Counted from the first letter of the stretch, positions 12,188-24,352 are shown. The stretch: DNA of 64,000 bases from Leidyana gryllorum EB-2025a (GCA_048772705.1 JBLWGC010000035.1:62001-126000), one strand, 5' to 3'. Program-made: numbers and translations. The notes: generated from the letters alone by a model not told the origin.

Positions 12188-14216
12188 ATGTCCAGTGCAA
12201 GTGCCGGAGTCGAGCCAGAAATCAAGAAACGGCGACTCGATGAGAGGGCAGAGGGGTCCAGAGATGGAGTGGAGCCTCATACATTGCCAGAGGGCGAGAA
12301 AGATACTGACAATAAAGGTCAACCCGAGGCTGAAGTCCCAGCTGAGGAGCCACAATTAGTAAACAGAGTGGGGAAGGCGAAGAAGAGCAAAAGTTGTCCC
12401 TATCTGGGTACTATCAATCGTCATCTACTGGACTTTGATTTTGAGAAAGTCTGCTCCATATCACTGACTAATCAGCACGTGTACTGCTGTCTGGTGTGCG
12501 GACGCTATCTGCAAGGTGAGCCCACGAAAAAGATGAGTCCATCCGTATCACCCGCAAACACCGCAGGTCGAGGGCCTAATACTCATGCGTATGCTCATGC
12601 CCTTCAGGAGAACCATTTCGTTTTCATCGACTTGGGGAGTGGACGAGTGTATTGTTTGCCGGATAACTATGAGGTGGACGACGCCAGTTTGTCCGATATA
12701 AAGTTCAATCTGCATCCGGACTTCACTCCTAGCGAAGTTAAAGCGTTGGAGCACCAAATAATCCACGCACACACGTTGGATGGACAGCAGTTCAACCCAG
12801 GGCTTGTAGGCCTGAATCGTATCAATGAGGCCACCGATTACGCTAACGTCGTGGTTCAGCTGCTATGCGTCATAACCCCTCTCCGCAACTTTATGCTTCT
12901 ACTGGACGCACGCAACAAACAGCGCCCCGACCCCGTAGTCGTGGCAGCGTCCGATTTGTTGAAGAAGATCTTCAATTCCCGCAATTTCAAAGGAATTGTG
13001 TGCCCCCATGAGTTCCTGCAGGCCATCGCACAGGCATCACACAAGGAGTTCGGCTTGATGAAACGAGCTAATGCGTTCGACTTCCTCAGCTGGCTGGTCA
13101 ATCACCTCCACGCGAAACTGCGCAGAGGCAAGAAGGATCCCGCCATCCAGCAGCTCCCCCTTCGCGAACAACGTAAGTGTATATGTTGAGTGTATTTGAA
13201 TTACCTTCTGACCTATGCTGAACTCTGTCTATCTGTTTGGCGCAGCTTCGATAATCAACGACACCCTAAGTGGTGAGGTTCGGATGTGGTCCAGCGAAAC
13301 GAGAAGCACAACGACGGTTCCAATGTTCACTGTAACTTTGGACGTCCCCCCGGCGCCTATATTCAAAGCTAGTGAAACAGAGACGATCATTCCTGAAGTT
13401 CACATATTCGATTTACTGTCTAAGTTCAGTGGCCACTTGATCCCGGGAAAAAAACCGGGTAGTCAACGTCGGCTTACATTATGGAAGTTGCCGAGGTATC
13501 TAATCGTCCACCTCAAGCGCTTCAGCAGAAACTCATTCTTCATGGAGAAGAATCCGACTATTGTCAAGTTTCCGGTCAAGGATCTAGATTTGGCCGAATG
13601 TAAGCCTTGCAATCGACTTGATTATGCGGCGTATATGTGCTTCTTGACCCGTTGCTATGGTGTTCTGGCTTCTCATGGTTTGCGAAAACAATCCCTTCAG
13701 ATGTTGACGGAGAGAACATCGACAACAATCCGTGTACCAAATACGACCTGGTTGGAAACGTGGTTCATATGGGGAACCCCACAGATGGCCATTACAAAGT
13801 GCAAGTCCATCATCAGGTGAGTTGTCAGCAGCTGCTGACTCCGCTATCGTATGTGCGCGCTTGTTTGTGTGCGTGTGCGTGTGGCGTCTCCATGTGTGCG
13901 TGAACGTGTGTCTCTGTGTTTGTGAATGGGGTGATGCATTCCATCTGATTGACGGCGTACATCTTCACATGTTGATCTACTTGGATGTGATTTTTTGGAC
14001 TGGATGATCAATCTTTTTGATGGACGACTTTTTATCGCAGGCCACAGACACGTGGTACGACTTGGAGGATCTGTTAGTAACTCAAACTTCTGGTCATGCG
14101 GTGACGAACTCAGGTAACAATTTTCCTCTTTGATGGACAATACAGAAATTTGGTCGCAACGACTTTTTTGATCAGCCTCATACATTCAAATCTATCGCCG
14201 TCAAGATGTCGAATAG
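12188..14216 (+). CDS. USP39: U4/U6.U5 tri-snRNP-associated inactive deubiquitinase USP39/Sad1; multi-exon
   Basis: CPYLGTINRHLLDFDFEKVCSISLTNQHVYCCLVCGRYLQG zinc finger, YCLPDNYEV, HLKRFSRNSFFMEKNPTIVKFP. Confidence 0.95.
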
Positions 14217-14965
14217 TCGCGCTTCTTCATCATCATGTCTTCCGCTAGGTTACAACAAAATCCGAGTCAACTCGATAATATATGTATGGCATAGTTGACT
14301 GGTGGCATAGGCATTTATATTCTCCAATGGCGACAGCCACAGAGCTGGCGAAGAACAGTCTGTGCAAACTGCCGGATCAGTCACGGCGCGCGACTGGTTC
14401 GCTTTTCAAAGGAAGAAAATCACCGCTTTTTCTGAGTGTGAACGCAATAATTGTGACCATCATACTGGCGTCACGACTCCAACCCTCTTCCCTGCGCGAG
14501 TTTGGCAAGTAAGCGAGCGAGTTAGGGAGCGAGCGATCGATCGAGTCCGTGGTCTCCCACATCATGTCGACCAGACCCGCGTTTTTACGACTCAATTTAG
14601 CAGGGAGAGGGTCGGCGACAACGGCAGAAGTAGCCAAGTGTGCCATGAATAAGCCATTGCACAGAAACCGGCGGACAGGCAGGCGGAGAGACAGACAGCG
14701 CAGAACGGACGATGAATGAACCGACGGGACAGCTTGATAGACGCCTCAGGGGGGGCGACGCTGCTCGACCATTACTAATGCGTGCGGTTCGCCGAGCAAA
14801 GTGAGCAAAAAGTATCAATAAGAGATAGCGTAATACAACAATCGATCCCGTACATGGTCAGGAACGACGGGCAGACAGACAAATAGAACAGAGAGAGAGC
14901 ACAGTCAGCGAGCCAAATAAGTCATATCAAGAAATTAGCGAAGCAGTTGGTAGGGGAAGTACGGT

Positions 14966-15120
14966 AACACAGAGAGAAAGAGAGAGAGAAGAGAGGAAGA
15001 GAGAGAGCGGCAGACAAGCAAGAGAGAGAGAGAAAAGAGAAAAAAGCGAATGCAGAGGGGGAGAGGGGTAGCTAGAGAGAGAGTGAGAGAGAGAGTGAGA
15101 GAGCAAAGAAAGAAGAGAAT
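14966..15120. repeat. Imperfect (GA)n polypurine tract
   Basis: Runs such as agagagaaagagagagagaagagaggaagagagagag. Confidence 0.8.
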
Positions 15121-16345
15121 TGTTTAAGCCACCCGAGGCATAGTGACCAGGGTGGGAAAATAGGTAAAAATGAACAAACAGAATAATACCAGCGCACAAT
15201 GAGTTCGCCCCACAGAGAAGTGTGTGTAGACGCAACTGTATTGAGACATCGTACGCTGTCCACATTTCCAATCGCCAGATAACGGCTGTATACGGCCCAA
15301 AGTCCCTGAGCTCAACAAGATGTACAAACAATATCAGTGATCTATAACATGTCGTCCGTCTTCTTGCGAAGAGATACAGGTTCACACACCGACTCGAGAA
15401 ATGGTCAGTGTTTGCCAAGTCATATTAGTGCTTTGCAAGGGATGCTCGATGTATCAGTGCAATGGTAAAGCTGAGTATGCGGGATAGTCCGGTGTTAGGA
15501 TGGATCCTTTTCTTGGAGTGTTGTAGATCGGCCAGAAAGGAGTGAGAAGTTATGGTTTAATGTGGTGGCATTTTATGACAATATGGCAATATAGCCTTTG
15601 AGATAAAGACGGAGTGGACTGGGTATCGATAGATTGAGCCTTGCGAATCCATGCGGACCATTGGACATTCGATGGCCGTTCGGGCATTCGCACATTGTTA
15701 GAGATTGGGGGGTTTGTTTCCCTTTTCAGTGATGTATTTGCGATCGATGGAGCAAGTAAAGAGAGTCCATTGCCACGGCAGAGACTTTTTCCCTCTGCCT
15801 ATATAGACGTCGGACAGTGAGATCAAATTCGCACTTGGCGTGTGTAATGATTAGAGGAATCTTCTACTGGAGGAGGCGGCGCCGCTCATCATGTACCAAA
15901 ACGCGCGCTGCCAACGCGCCGACACGCGAGACGGCAAAAGACACGTGCTAGATGATTAGACACAAGATAAACGAGAGGGGACAGGACGCGTCCATGGCAA
16001 AAGATACAATGCCGTAAGCCTAGGTCGAAGTCGCGCTCGAAATCGCAATCGCCGTCGCCCATCCTTTCACCGTCAACTGTGTGGTGGAAGAGGTCGACTC
16101 GGTCAAGTTATGACGAGCCTGGCATGAGTGAGCGCATGTGGAACACCCTAAAGCCGACACCTCCACACCATGTGGGGGGGTGTAACTCAAAGGGTGCGTA
16201 AACTGTGTGTTTGTGTGTGTGTGTGTGTGATCGTCTGGTAGTGTGCAGCTGCTCTTTTGCCTGGGCAACGACAGTAGTTGGGGTTAGTTAAGACGTGTTG
16301 ATAGTGTTAGTGTGCGGGCGTGATGGTGGGAAGGTCTGTAAATGG

Positions 16346-16371
16346 GTTAGTCAGTCAGTCAGTCAGTCAGT
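16346..16371. repeat. (AGTC)n tetranucleotide microsatellite
   Basis: ttagtcagtcagtcagtcagtcagt. Confidence 0.8.
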
Positions 16372-16677
16372 TTGTCGGAAGTCCGCATTGTAGTGTGGTG
16401 AATATATGTGATCTCAATATGTCAGATGCCGTATAGTGATGATTTCGCGATTTATGCTACCAGTAGAGCCGCCGGACGGGCAAATCCGAATGAGAAATAG
16501 ATCTCTCATTTGCTGAGTGGTACAGGGGGTTGTGAGCAGTCTCCCTCATATTTATTTCCATTGTGGTGCTTTCCGCCTCCTCCATCTGTGATATTGTGCC
16601 ATTTGTTTCAGGCAGTGGTCTGAACGCCAATATTGTGCAATAGAGCCTCTTTGTTCCATTTTACGCGCTCCCAAGCT

Positions 16678-17304
16678 TCATGCCTCGAGACTTGGCATGA
16701 AAATTAACTGTTGGTCCGAAGACGAATCTTGCCCGAAATCGAGCCCTATCCTGCTCAATTCGAGCACCACAGCTTTGTCGAAAACTGCTTTTGGTTCAAC
16801 AATAGCGGCATCATCTGTAAAAGGGTACTCAGACAGAGAACGCAGGGTCTGAGGTGCTTCCAAATCATACTCATCCGCTCCAGAGTACGGCCAGCTACGA
16901 GTGCGCGGACCTACTGGACTCTCCAAAGACTTAAAGCTCTGATAACCCGACTCCGGCTGTGCAGAAAATACCCTTCTGCCCGCCTTTCCGTCGCCGCCCG
17001 GATCAACCGGACTTATCATCACCGAAGTCTTCCACTTGGACAGAAGCACGGATCGCACAACAATACCGATTACGATCAATCCACCCAAAATACCCACAAA
17101 CCAAATCGCTGGAGCCAGGGTTGTACCCATACTTTCCAACGGGCACGTTTGCATATCGCTTCCTGGCGACGTCTCGGGATGAGCTGATACTCCACCAGTC
17201 TCAGTCCCTGATCTAAGCTTACCATTGCAATACGATTCATCTCGATCCCAAACACACCCGGCCGCAAAGCAGGTGAGGCACGAATTATACTGATTACATG
17301 ACAT
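16678..17304 (-). CDS. Single-pass membrane protein with N-terminal PSI-like Cys motif, no signal peptide
   Basis: MSCNQYNSCLTCFAAGCVWDRDESYC...; TM AIWFVGILGGLIVIGIVV; ATG at 17304. Confidence 0.65.
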   Translation of the reverse strand: MSCNQYNSCLTCFAAGCVWDRDESYCNGKLRSGTETGGVSAHPETSPGSDMQTCPLESMGTTLAPAIWFVGILGGLIVIGIVVRSVLLSKWKTSVMISPVDPGGDGKAGRRVFSAQPESGYQSFKSLESPVGPRTRSWPYSGADEYDLEAPQTLRSLSEYPFTDDAAIVEPKAVFDKAVVLELSRIGLDFGQDSSSDQQLIFMPSLEA

Positions 17305-17351
17305 TCCAGACCAAATCCAAGTCCGCAAATTCTTTTTCCTCCCCAAATGAT

Positions 17352-18776
17352 ATGACACCAGACCTCGACGACCCACTCCTTCACTCCCCCAAGCGACAAT
17401 CCGAAGCTGCAACAGACCAAATCAAAACGGAAGTCAAAAGGGAGGCAGAAGATGTGAAGGAGCAACCGCCCACCGAACCAATCCAATTCGATACCTCTAA
17501 TAACAACCCAACTCTGGAAAGTGAGACTAAAACGGAACAGGAAGATGACCAGAAAGATGGCCACCCAGCTGCAAACGACCACTCTGCTGATACAGAAGAA
17601 AATGTCAAAGAAAGTAGCCACAACTCTCCGCCAGAGGACATCGACTTTGATTCTTTCCTGAATGAAGTGCATAGCCTACCCACACGAGGGCCGCCCCCCA
17701 AGTCTTCAGGTCTCATTCGTGAACCAACCGAAGCAGAAAAGCAGGCTGCTTTGATGGCCGCCTTTGAAATCCGGGACGTTGAGGTTGAATGGGGCACTGG
17801 CGTGGAGCAGGTGGAACGTATCATGAAGCTCAAAGGCAAAGATTCCCCTTTTGAGGTCTTCCTCTTGCCTCCATATGCTCATGAAGACCTCATCAAGAAG
17901 CACTACAAGAAGCTCAGTCTGCTGGTGCATCCGGACAAGTGTAACCACCCGGATGTCGAGGATGCTTTCCATATCGTGTCCAAAGCGTACGAGGAGCTTC
18001 TGAAACCAGAGTATCGCGGCAAGTACATCGAGGTACTGGATGAGGCCAAGAACCAGGTGATCAAGGAACGGCGAGAGGAGAACAAACGTCGCAAGGCCAG
18101 AGGGGAGGAACTCCTTGCTATGGATGAAAACTCAATACGGGAAGCCACCATTGCCCAGTGTGATGAACTCGTCAAAAAGCGCGAGGAAATGGTTAAGTAT
18201 GCTGAAGATACCAAAAGGCAGAACGAACTGCGAACGCAAAGGGTAAGTGCATGTGCTGCCAGCTGAACTCGTTTAACAATCCAACGCCTTGCTTCATATA
18301 CTTCTGCCATGAATATGTTTGGCTATGTGTTTGTTGTTGCGCGCGTCTCCGAGCCGGTCATCGAAGGGTGTGCTTCACCGCCATCGCTTGACCACTTCGT
18401 GAAATTAATCATTGTTGTTCATCTTGCGTAGTCTTCAGTGATATTCATTCATCAATCAAACTTGGCTTTGGCAAGTTTGATTCTATGATGTTGCTAGATT
18501 GATTGATCGATCGATTGATTGGATCATTTTGCCAATCCATCGTTGCAGATGGAGGAGGAAAAGCAGGCAGATGAGTATAAGAAGCAGATTGAAAGGAAGC
18601 GTTGGGTGCAGGGTCGGGATGCACGAGTGGAGCATTGGCGTGATTCACGGGTGAGTGCTGGCTCCATATATGGAGTGAAAACCGTTACAAACGAACCGCA
18701 GGGTGATGTTGAGAAAAAGCGACGTATGATGAAACCGGAAATGCCAACGGAAGCCTACAAGCGAAGTTGGCGTTGA
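17352..18776 (+). CDS. DNAJC8: DnaJ subfamily C member 8-like (Spf31) J-domain protein; introns 18243-18548 and probably 18651-18701
   Basis: FDSFLNEV, PFEVFLL...IKKHYKKLSLLVHPDKC, C-terminal WVQGRDARVEHWR. Start taken at the second Met; 17298 is an alternative. Confidence 0.82.
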
Positions 18777-18858
18777 CCCAGTAATACCTGACTTGGTGAA
18801 ACTTGATTTAGTTTCGACCTCCTTAGAGGGTTGGATGAGAGTAGGGTTGTTCCACACA

Positions 18859-19887
18859 TCATTCTTTGCCGTTCTGAACGACTTTAGTCAGCCATTCGAC
18901 GCGATCGCGCAGCTCTCTGTTGCGTCTGCGTTCCTCGTCCAGATCGGCTGCCAGTATCTGGCTGTTCGACTCGAATCTGGGGGAGGCGGGAGCGGCTGCT
19001 GGGGTTTCAACGGCGGCAATAGGTGCCGGTTGCGCCGGGCCGAGGGTAGGGCTTTGTACAACGGGCGCAGCGGGTGCCAATACGGGGCTTTGGATTAATG
19101 GTTGTGCTTGGAACGGAGCAGGTGTAGGGCCAAAAGCCGGGCTTTGAACCAATGTATAGGTTTGGGGGGCGGCTGCGTTAGGTTGCAGTACGGGACTGCG
19201 TGCAGCGGCGGGAACGGGTACCGGTCTGCACACGTTCGCAGGCTGAAGCGCGAAAATCTGCTGTTGCTGGCCCGGTTGAGCGACTGCAACGAGCTGGGGC
19301 GAAAGAGGTCTCGGTGCAGTGCGCGGGGAGGCCTGAACATAGACCGGGATGACAACGGTTCCTTGCTGCTGTTGAGCGGCAGCGTTCATCTGCGCGACAG
19401 CGTTTCTGTTTTTCGCATTATTAACGATAACCGCATTATTGTACATAGCCGTGGTCATTTGTTGTTGGGCGCGTTTGTTTGCTTTCTTCTTCGCTCTGAA
19501 TAGAGTGATACAACAGTAGCAGAATGTGAGAATGAAGACAGTAAAGCAGGTAACTGAAATTATGATAGCCCAGGCACTGAGAACAGGGAAGACAGATTCG
19601 TAGTCGGAATCTCCTTCTCCTCCTCCAACGGTGGGAGGAGCGAGGCAAACGGCTCCGTTGTTGTGCTGGAAGAGTCCCAGGTCACAGATGCCCTGATTGT
19701 CTTCATTGTTTGAGCAGTCATAACAACGGCCGTCGACGGCGTCCACTGTGAAAGGACAGAAGCGATATATCTAGATCAAGTTACACAGACCGTGGAGAGA
19801 CTCACCAGCGCACCAATCGTCGGTACCGCACCAGTAGCAACCTGCGTTGATGCAGTCCATGCAGTTTGGTTGCTCAGAACACAACAT
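18859..19887 (-). CDS. Single-pass membrane protein with N-terminal PSI-like Cys motif and Pro/Gln-rich tail; intron 19746-19805
   Basis: Exon 1 MLCSEQPNCMDCINAGCYWCGTDDWCA splices in frame onto the 295-aa ORF; TM ending CYCC; C-terminal coiled coil. Confidence 0.72.
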
Positions 19888-19988
19888 GGTCAAAAAGGTT
19901 CTAGAAATTATATCTAGTGGTAAGAAAGGGTCTGTCTGACTTTTCGTTCACCGCAACGGAAGTGTATGAAGTTAGTAGTCCCAGTCAG

Positions 19989-20396
19989 TCAACCGGGCTC
20001 TGGATATGCCTGGTGACAATCATAGCTCATCATTGATTCCTGTCCCGTCCCGTATGTAAGGGTGTACATGTCGGACGGCTCCATAGACTCAGCAGAGGTA
20101 AAATCGTCGTGTTGAGTAGTTACGATCCCACTCGTTATTTGGTGATTGGGCTCCGTGTCCGCGAAGCGATGCAAATCAACACCACTCACCTGGAACTCAA
20201 AATCTAGCATAGGAGTAATGTTCCCTCCAACTTGATATTCTCGTCCGTTCACTGGCCCCCCATCGTCAGGTTTCCGTTTGATCCCTCGCCAATTGCGACT
20301 CAATCGCCAGATCAACAGTACCACCGTCACGAAAACGGCCAATCCGAATCCAAAGCCGATAGTCACCCAATCGGACAAAGGGCTGTCGTCACTCAT
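19989..20396 (-). CDS. Small protein with an N-terminal TM anchor, 135 aa
   Basis: WVTIGFGFGLAVFVTVVLLIW followed by basic RLSRNWRGIKRK. Confidence 0.55.
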   Translation of the reverse strand: MSDDSPLSDWVTIGFGFGLAVFVTVVLLIWRLSRNWRGIKRKPDDGGPVNGREYQVGGNITPMLDFEFQVSGVDLHRFADTEPNHQITSGIVTTQHDDFTSAESMEPSDMYTLTYGTGQESMMSYDCHQAYPEPG

Positions 20397-20471
20397 CTAA
20401 ACATATTATATCTCCAGAGATCCATAGCCGCCTAACTACTCTCACAAACGCCCGCCAAACCAAATCTGCCA

Positions 20472-23220
20472 CTACTCCAGCGCCTTCGCCTGCTGAACCT
20501 TATCTCGCCCAGCCAAACGACGACAGATCACAACGCCCTCCAAAACTGGACTCAAAGGATACCAATCATCACTACCCATCTGAGCTCGCTCGTCATATGC
20601 CAATAATACCGGGGTGTTGTGGGTACGGAAGCCGGTTATCTTCTTCGGCTGACCAGCCAAACCAGCCACATCCAACGCCTGACCAACACGAACCTGTACT
20701 GCTATCGGTGTCAACTCTTCATCCACCGTCACCAACCACCGTGGGTGGATGGCTGGTACCAAATGGTACACGTTCAAATGCTGATTGCTGCACAACAAAT
20801 CACACTCGATGAACAATCAACCTATACTCCGAACTCACTCTTGACACAATGTCTCCTCTGTATACAACGCCTGTACACTGAACGCCAGTAAACCAGCCAA
20901 TGCCGACTTGTTGATCAGCTTCCGGTCCGAATGCAGAGGTGACAAGGACACCAGACCCTTGCCACAGTACAGCAGTCCCTGACTCATTCGCGATAAGAAA
21001 ATGGCGTGCGGCTCAGCACCGTAATATATCGCCAATTGACGCAACAATTGTCCCACTCGTGCATTGTTGGTTCCTGCCCCAGCCATTCCCAGACCCACTA
21101 TAGCTTGAAGAGCTGTATCGGCATCAGGGTCGTGGGACAACTTGCTCAACAGATCGACAATGTGTGGACGGGGATTAGAAGCAGCTTGGAGTCCAACAGC
21201 GATGGGCACCGCCCGCTTCACAAATAGCCCATCGAATTGCAAGAGATGATTCATCAACCGCTGAATCATGTCCAAACCTGATTCAAAAACACACACGTGT
21301 GCTCGTGTCTCTGAAGGGCTCAGTACTTACCAATCTCGTCCCGAAGGGTTACAAGGGCTACTGCCAGAACACAGGCACCTGGGCATCCTGTCAAAAACAT
21401 ATCCTTAACTTTGGCGAGCTGTTCTTGAGCAGCGGTTGTCTCAGGGGTAGTGGTTTCAGCCGGAGCGGGCGGGCTGGATGCAGGCAAGGCGGACTCATTC
21501 TTGGTACCTTCTGCTTTGTCCTCTTCCTTGTCTTTATTCTCGGCCTCGCCGGGTGCTGGAGTTTCAGCACAAGCCTCTTCAGTGCGCTTGATACAGTTAT
21601 GGATGATTTCTTGCACTTTTACAACATCGCCAGTTCCGGCGTAGGCAGCTCCTTCTACGAGGATCCGAGTGAACTCTCCGATTGGATGGTCGATGGCACT
21701 CAGCAGGGCCATGCAGGCGTCAGCACCGGTTGTCCTTTCGAGATATAGGAGGGCGAGAGCTATGCTGAAGTTGAATGCCTGAAGGTTGTCGATCAAACCA
21801 GAATCAGCACGTTCCAGAATAGTTTGGACGATTGCTTCAGCTATGTTCTCGTCACCAGTGCCAACGAAAACCATTCCAAGTGCCAATGCTGCAGCAGCAG
21901 ATACGACCAAACCACCTGGAGTTTCAAGATCCAGGACTATTGGGACGAGCATTTCAGTAAGCTCTGCTCTGGCTCGTCCAACATAGGCGTATGCCAGAGC
22001 CAAGATTGCGCCTTGACGTTCGAGAGGGTTTGGCGCTTTGAGCGCGTCCTGTACCAGGTTGAGAACCGGGTCACATTCATTTGCCACATTGCAGCTATTG
22101 AGTCCAAATGCCAAGAGTGCTCCGGCTCTGGTGTGGGGCTCAGTCGAGTACTGAAACTTATCGATCTGACTGAGCCCTTCTTCAATGTTCCAAAGACAAA
22201 TGAGCCCGAGTGCTCCGGTGCTACCCGTGACCCCAAGTCCGCGAGCTTTATTGATGGACACGCTTTCGTCTTTGAGCAGAAGAGCATCCATATTGAAGCC
22301 GGCATGGACGAAACCTGAGACGTATGCTGCTGCGAGTGCCACTTTGGCTGCTTCCATTCCGAGTGTGGGTCGAACTCGGCGTCGAGTGTCTTCGAGGTCG
22401 TTTTTGTATATTTCCTCGGGAATGCGGGGCTCGACGACCTCGAGTTCACTGGCGAGATACTGGAAGAGGTCTGAGAGATGTTCCCGTCTCAATATTCTTT
22501 TGAGTTCATCGACTCCAGCGACGTCCATTTGGTCTGTTATGTTTTCGAGGAGGCGATCTTCATCGAGTCGGATTTCGTGTCTGGAAAGAGTGTAGCATAA
22601 TTGAATAAGCATTAGTCTTCTCAGTTTGGTTTCTGCCGCGATTTTGGCAGAGTCTGTGGGCTCAATATTGTAGGTGAGACGGACAGACTCGGGCCAAGCG
22701 TCAGAGTCCAATACTTTGGTTTGTCTGGCTTCAGGGACTTTGTTATCTCCAGATTTGCAGAGGTCAAAGATCTCATAGATGCGTTGTGAGTCTTCGAGTA
22801 AGAGAGCGAGATGCAGAGCTGTGATGACGTCCCCATGGGAAAGAGAGAGGTCATAGCTGAGTGGGGTCGGAGATCGATTAATCGATGATTTTGGAGACTC
22901 ACCAAACTTCTAACAGGTCACGTTTCTCATCGATGTTGGGTGTTAAAGCGGCAACAGAGCTCAGATATAGAACAAGACGGGTTCCGTCCAGGCTCTCCAG
23001 AGGATACTGTTGGAGGGTTGAGAGTTGAGAAAAGGGCTGTTTGGGTCACCTTGCGGATCTCTGATATTCTCTTCTTCTCACTGAGAAAGTCCACAGCCTC
23101 AACATGTGCTCCTTTGGCCCATAATTGGTCTACATCGATTTCGTCATCAGCCACGCCTCTGAGGACCACTCCTCCCTGAACAGTGTTGACAACTTTGGGC
23201 TGTTCATCGACTTGAGCCAT
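20472..23220 (-). CDS. RPN1: 26S proteasome regulatory subunit RPN1/PSMD2, N-terminally shortened; multi-exon
   Basis: PC repeats, LSKLSHDPD...[65 protein letters not shown]. Confidence 0.93.
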
Positions 23221-23278
23221 CCTTGAAATTTCTGATACTGAGCAACTTGACAAGGCTCGCCGCCTCAAAAATTTGGTT

Positions 23279-24064
23279 ATGTCGTCCAATGTGGTGAGAG
23301 TTCCTCGGAGTTTCAAGCTCCTGGATGAACTGGAGAAGGGCGAGAAAGGTAACGCCTGTGAAGGATGTAGTTGGGGACTCGAAACGCCTGATGACATTAC
23401 CCTCTCTCGCTGGAGCTGTACCATCTTTGGTCCGTGCAATGTAGGTTTGAGCACTTAAGGACTGTACTGCACAAATAACACACACACTCTCTCAGACTCC
23501 TTATGAAGGGCGAATCTACTGCCTGTCGGTCGTTTGTGGCGAGAAGTACCCTGATGAAGCACCCCATGTGCGCTTTCTCACAAAGATCAAAATGAACGGC
23601 GTCGACGGTTTGGGCGTGGTAAGTCTGATGAACGCCCTCCTTGAATGTGTGTGTGTGGGCGTGTGTTGCTGTGTGTGTGTGAGGGTGTGTCGCTGTGGGG
23701 GTGTGTGGGTGTGTTGCTGTGGGGGTGTGGGTGTGTTGCTGTGGGGGTGTGTTGCCGTGTGTGTGAGGGCGTGTTGCCGTGTGTGAGGGTGTTTGATGGG
23801 TGTGTGACGTTTGTGGTGGGCATCTGATGGGTGATCTGTTTGTGTGGCTACGTGGAGAGACTCGGTGTGTGGCGACCTTTTCTTCTTTGGCGAAATGATT
23901 GGTTTGTTGGCACATCGCAGGTGGACCCGAAGGCTTTCTACGTCTTGACAAACTGGAAGCCGACTGATAGCATCGAGACGGTTTTGTATCACCTGAGACA
24001 AGCGATGGCGAGTGCGGCCAATCGACGGTTACCGCAGCCGAGCGAAGGAGACATCTATAGTTAA
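23279..24064 (+). CDS. MMS2: Ubiquitin-conjugating enzyme variant MMS2/UEV1; introns ~23441-23495 and ~23619-23920
   Basis: [17 protein letters not shown]...CSWGL...[29 protein letters not shown], ending [13 protein letters not shown]. Confidence 0.93.
23645..23815. repeat. TG-rich minisatellite (about 18-20 nt unit, gtgtgttgctgtggggg-like) inside UEV intron 2
   Basis: Repeated gtgtgttgctgtgggggtgtgg units; source of the spurious His/Thr and Cys/Val ORFs. Confidence 0.8.
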
Positions 24065-24089
24065 TCAGTCTTTTTGGCCTCGTCGGAAA

Positions 24090-24352
24090 ATGTCGTCGTC
24101 GAATGTGCCACCATATGTGCGTGAAGTTCTCAACGTAGGCTACCTGTGCAAGGTCGTCATTGTTTTTAGGCTATCCAAGGGTTGTTTGCTGACGCTGGCA
24201 GGCCGATGCCCAGGCACGTGTTACGGTTATCAATGCAGTTACTGGAGAGTGGACTTCCAGCGCAAGATCTGTGCAAAATACTCGACGATCTGAGCCTGGA
24301 ACTCGCCAAGGTGCGATCCATTGAAAGGAATCACTTAGCTCCCCACCTTTAG
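24090..24352 (+). CDS. MOZART1/MZT1-like gamma-tubulin complex microprotein, about 75 aa; intron 24135-24169
   Basis: Spliced MSSSNVPPYVREVLN|AIQGLFADAGRPMPRHVLRLSMQLLESGLPAQDLCKILDDLSLELAKV aligns without gaps to the MZT1 core as I recall it. Confidence 0.6.

Noticed and set aside
14927-15418. Leu/Ser-rich, membrane-protein-like ORF
   Set aside because: Hydrophobicity comes from the (CT)n tract; no ATG start and no other support.
16278-16352. GGGTTAG telomere-like words
   Set aside because: Only two isolated copies; better explained as minus-strand CTAAC branch-site-like sequences.
18243-18548. Intronic snoRNA in the unusually long introns (also 23619-23920 and ~13817-14040)
   Set aside because: No properly spaced C/D box pair with terminal stem or H/ACA structure seen; an Infernal or snoscan run would be needed.
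23397-24001. His/Thr-rich and Cys/Val-rich ORFs
   Set aside because: Translations of the TG minisatellite inside the UEV intron.
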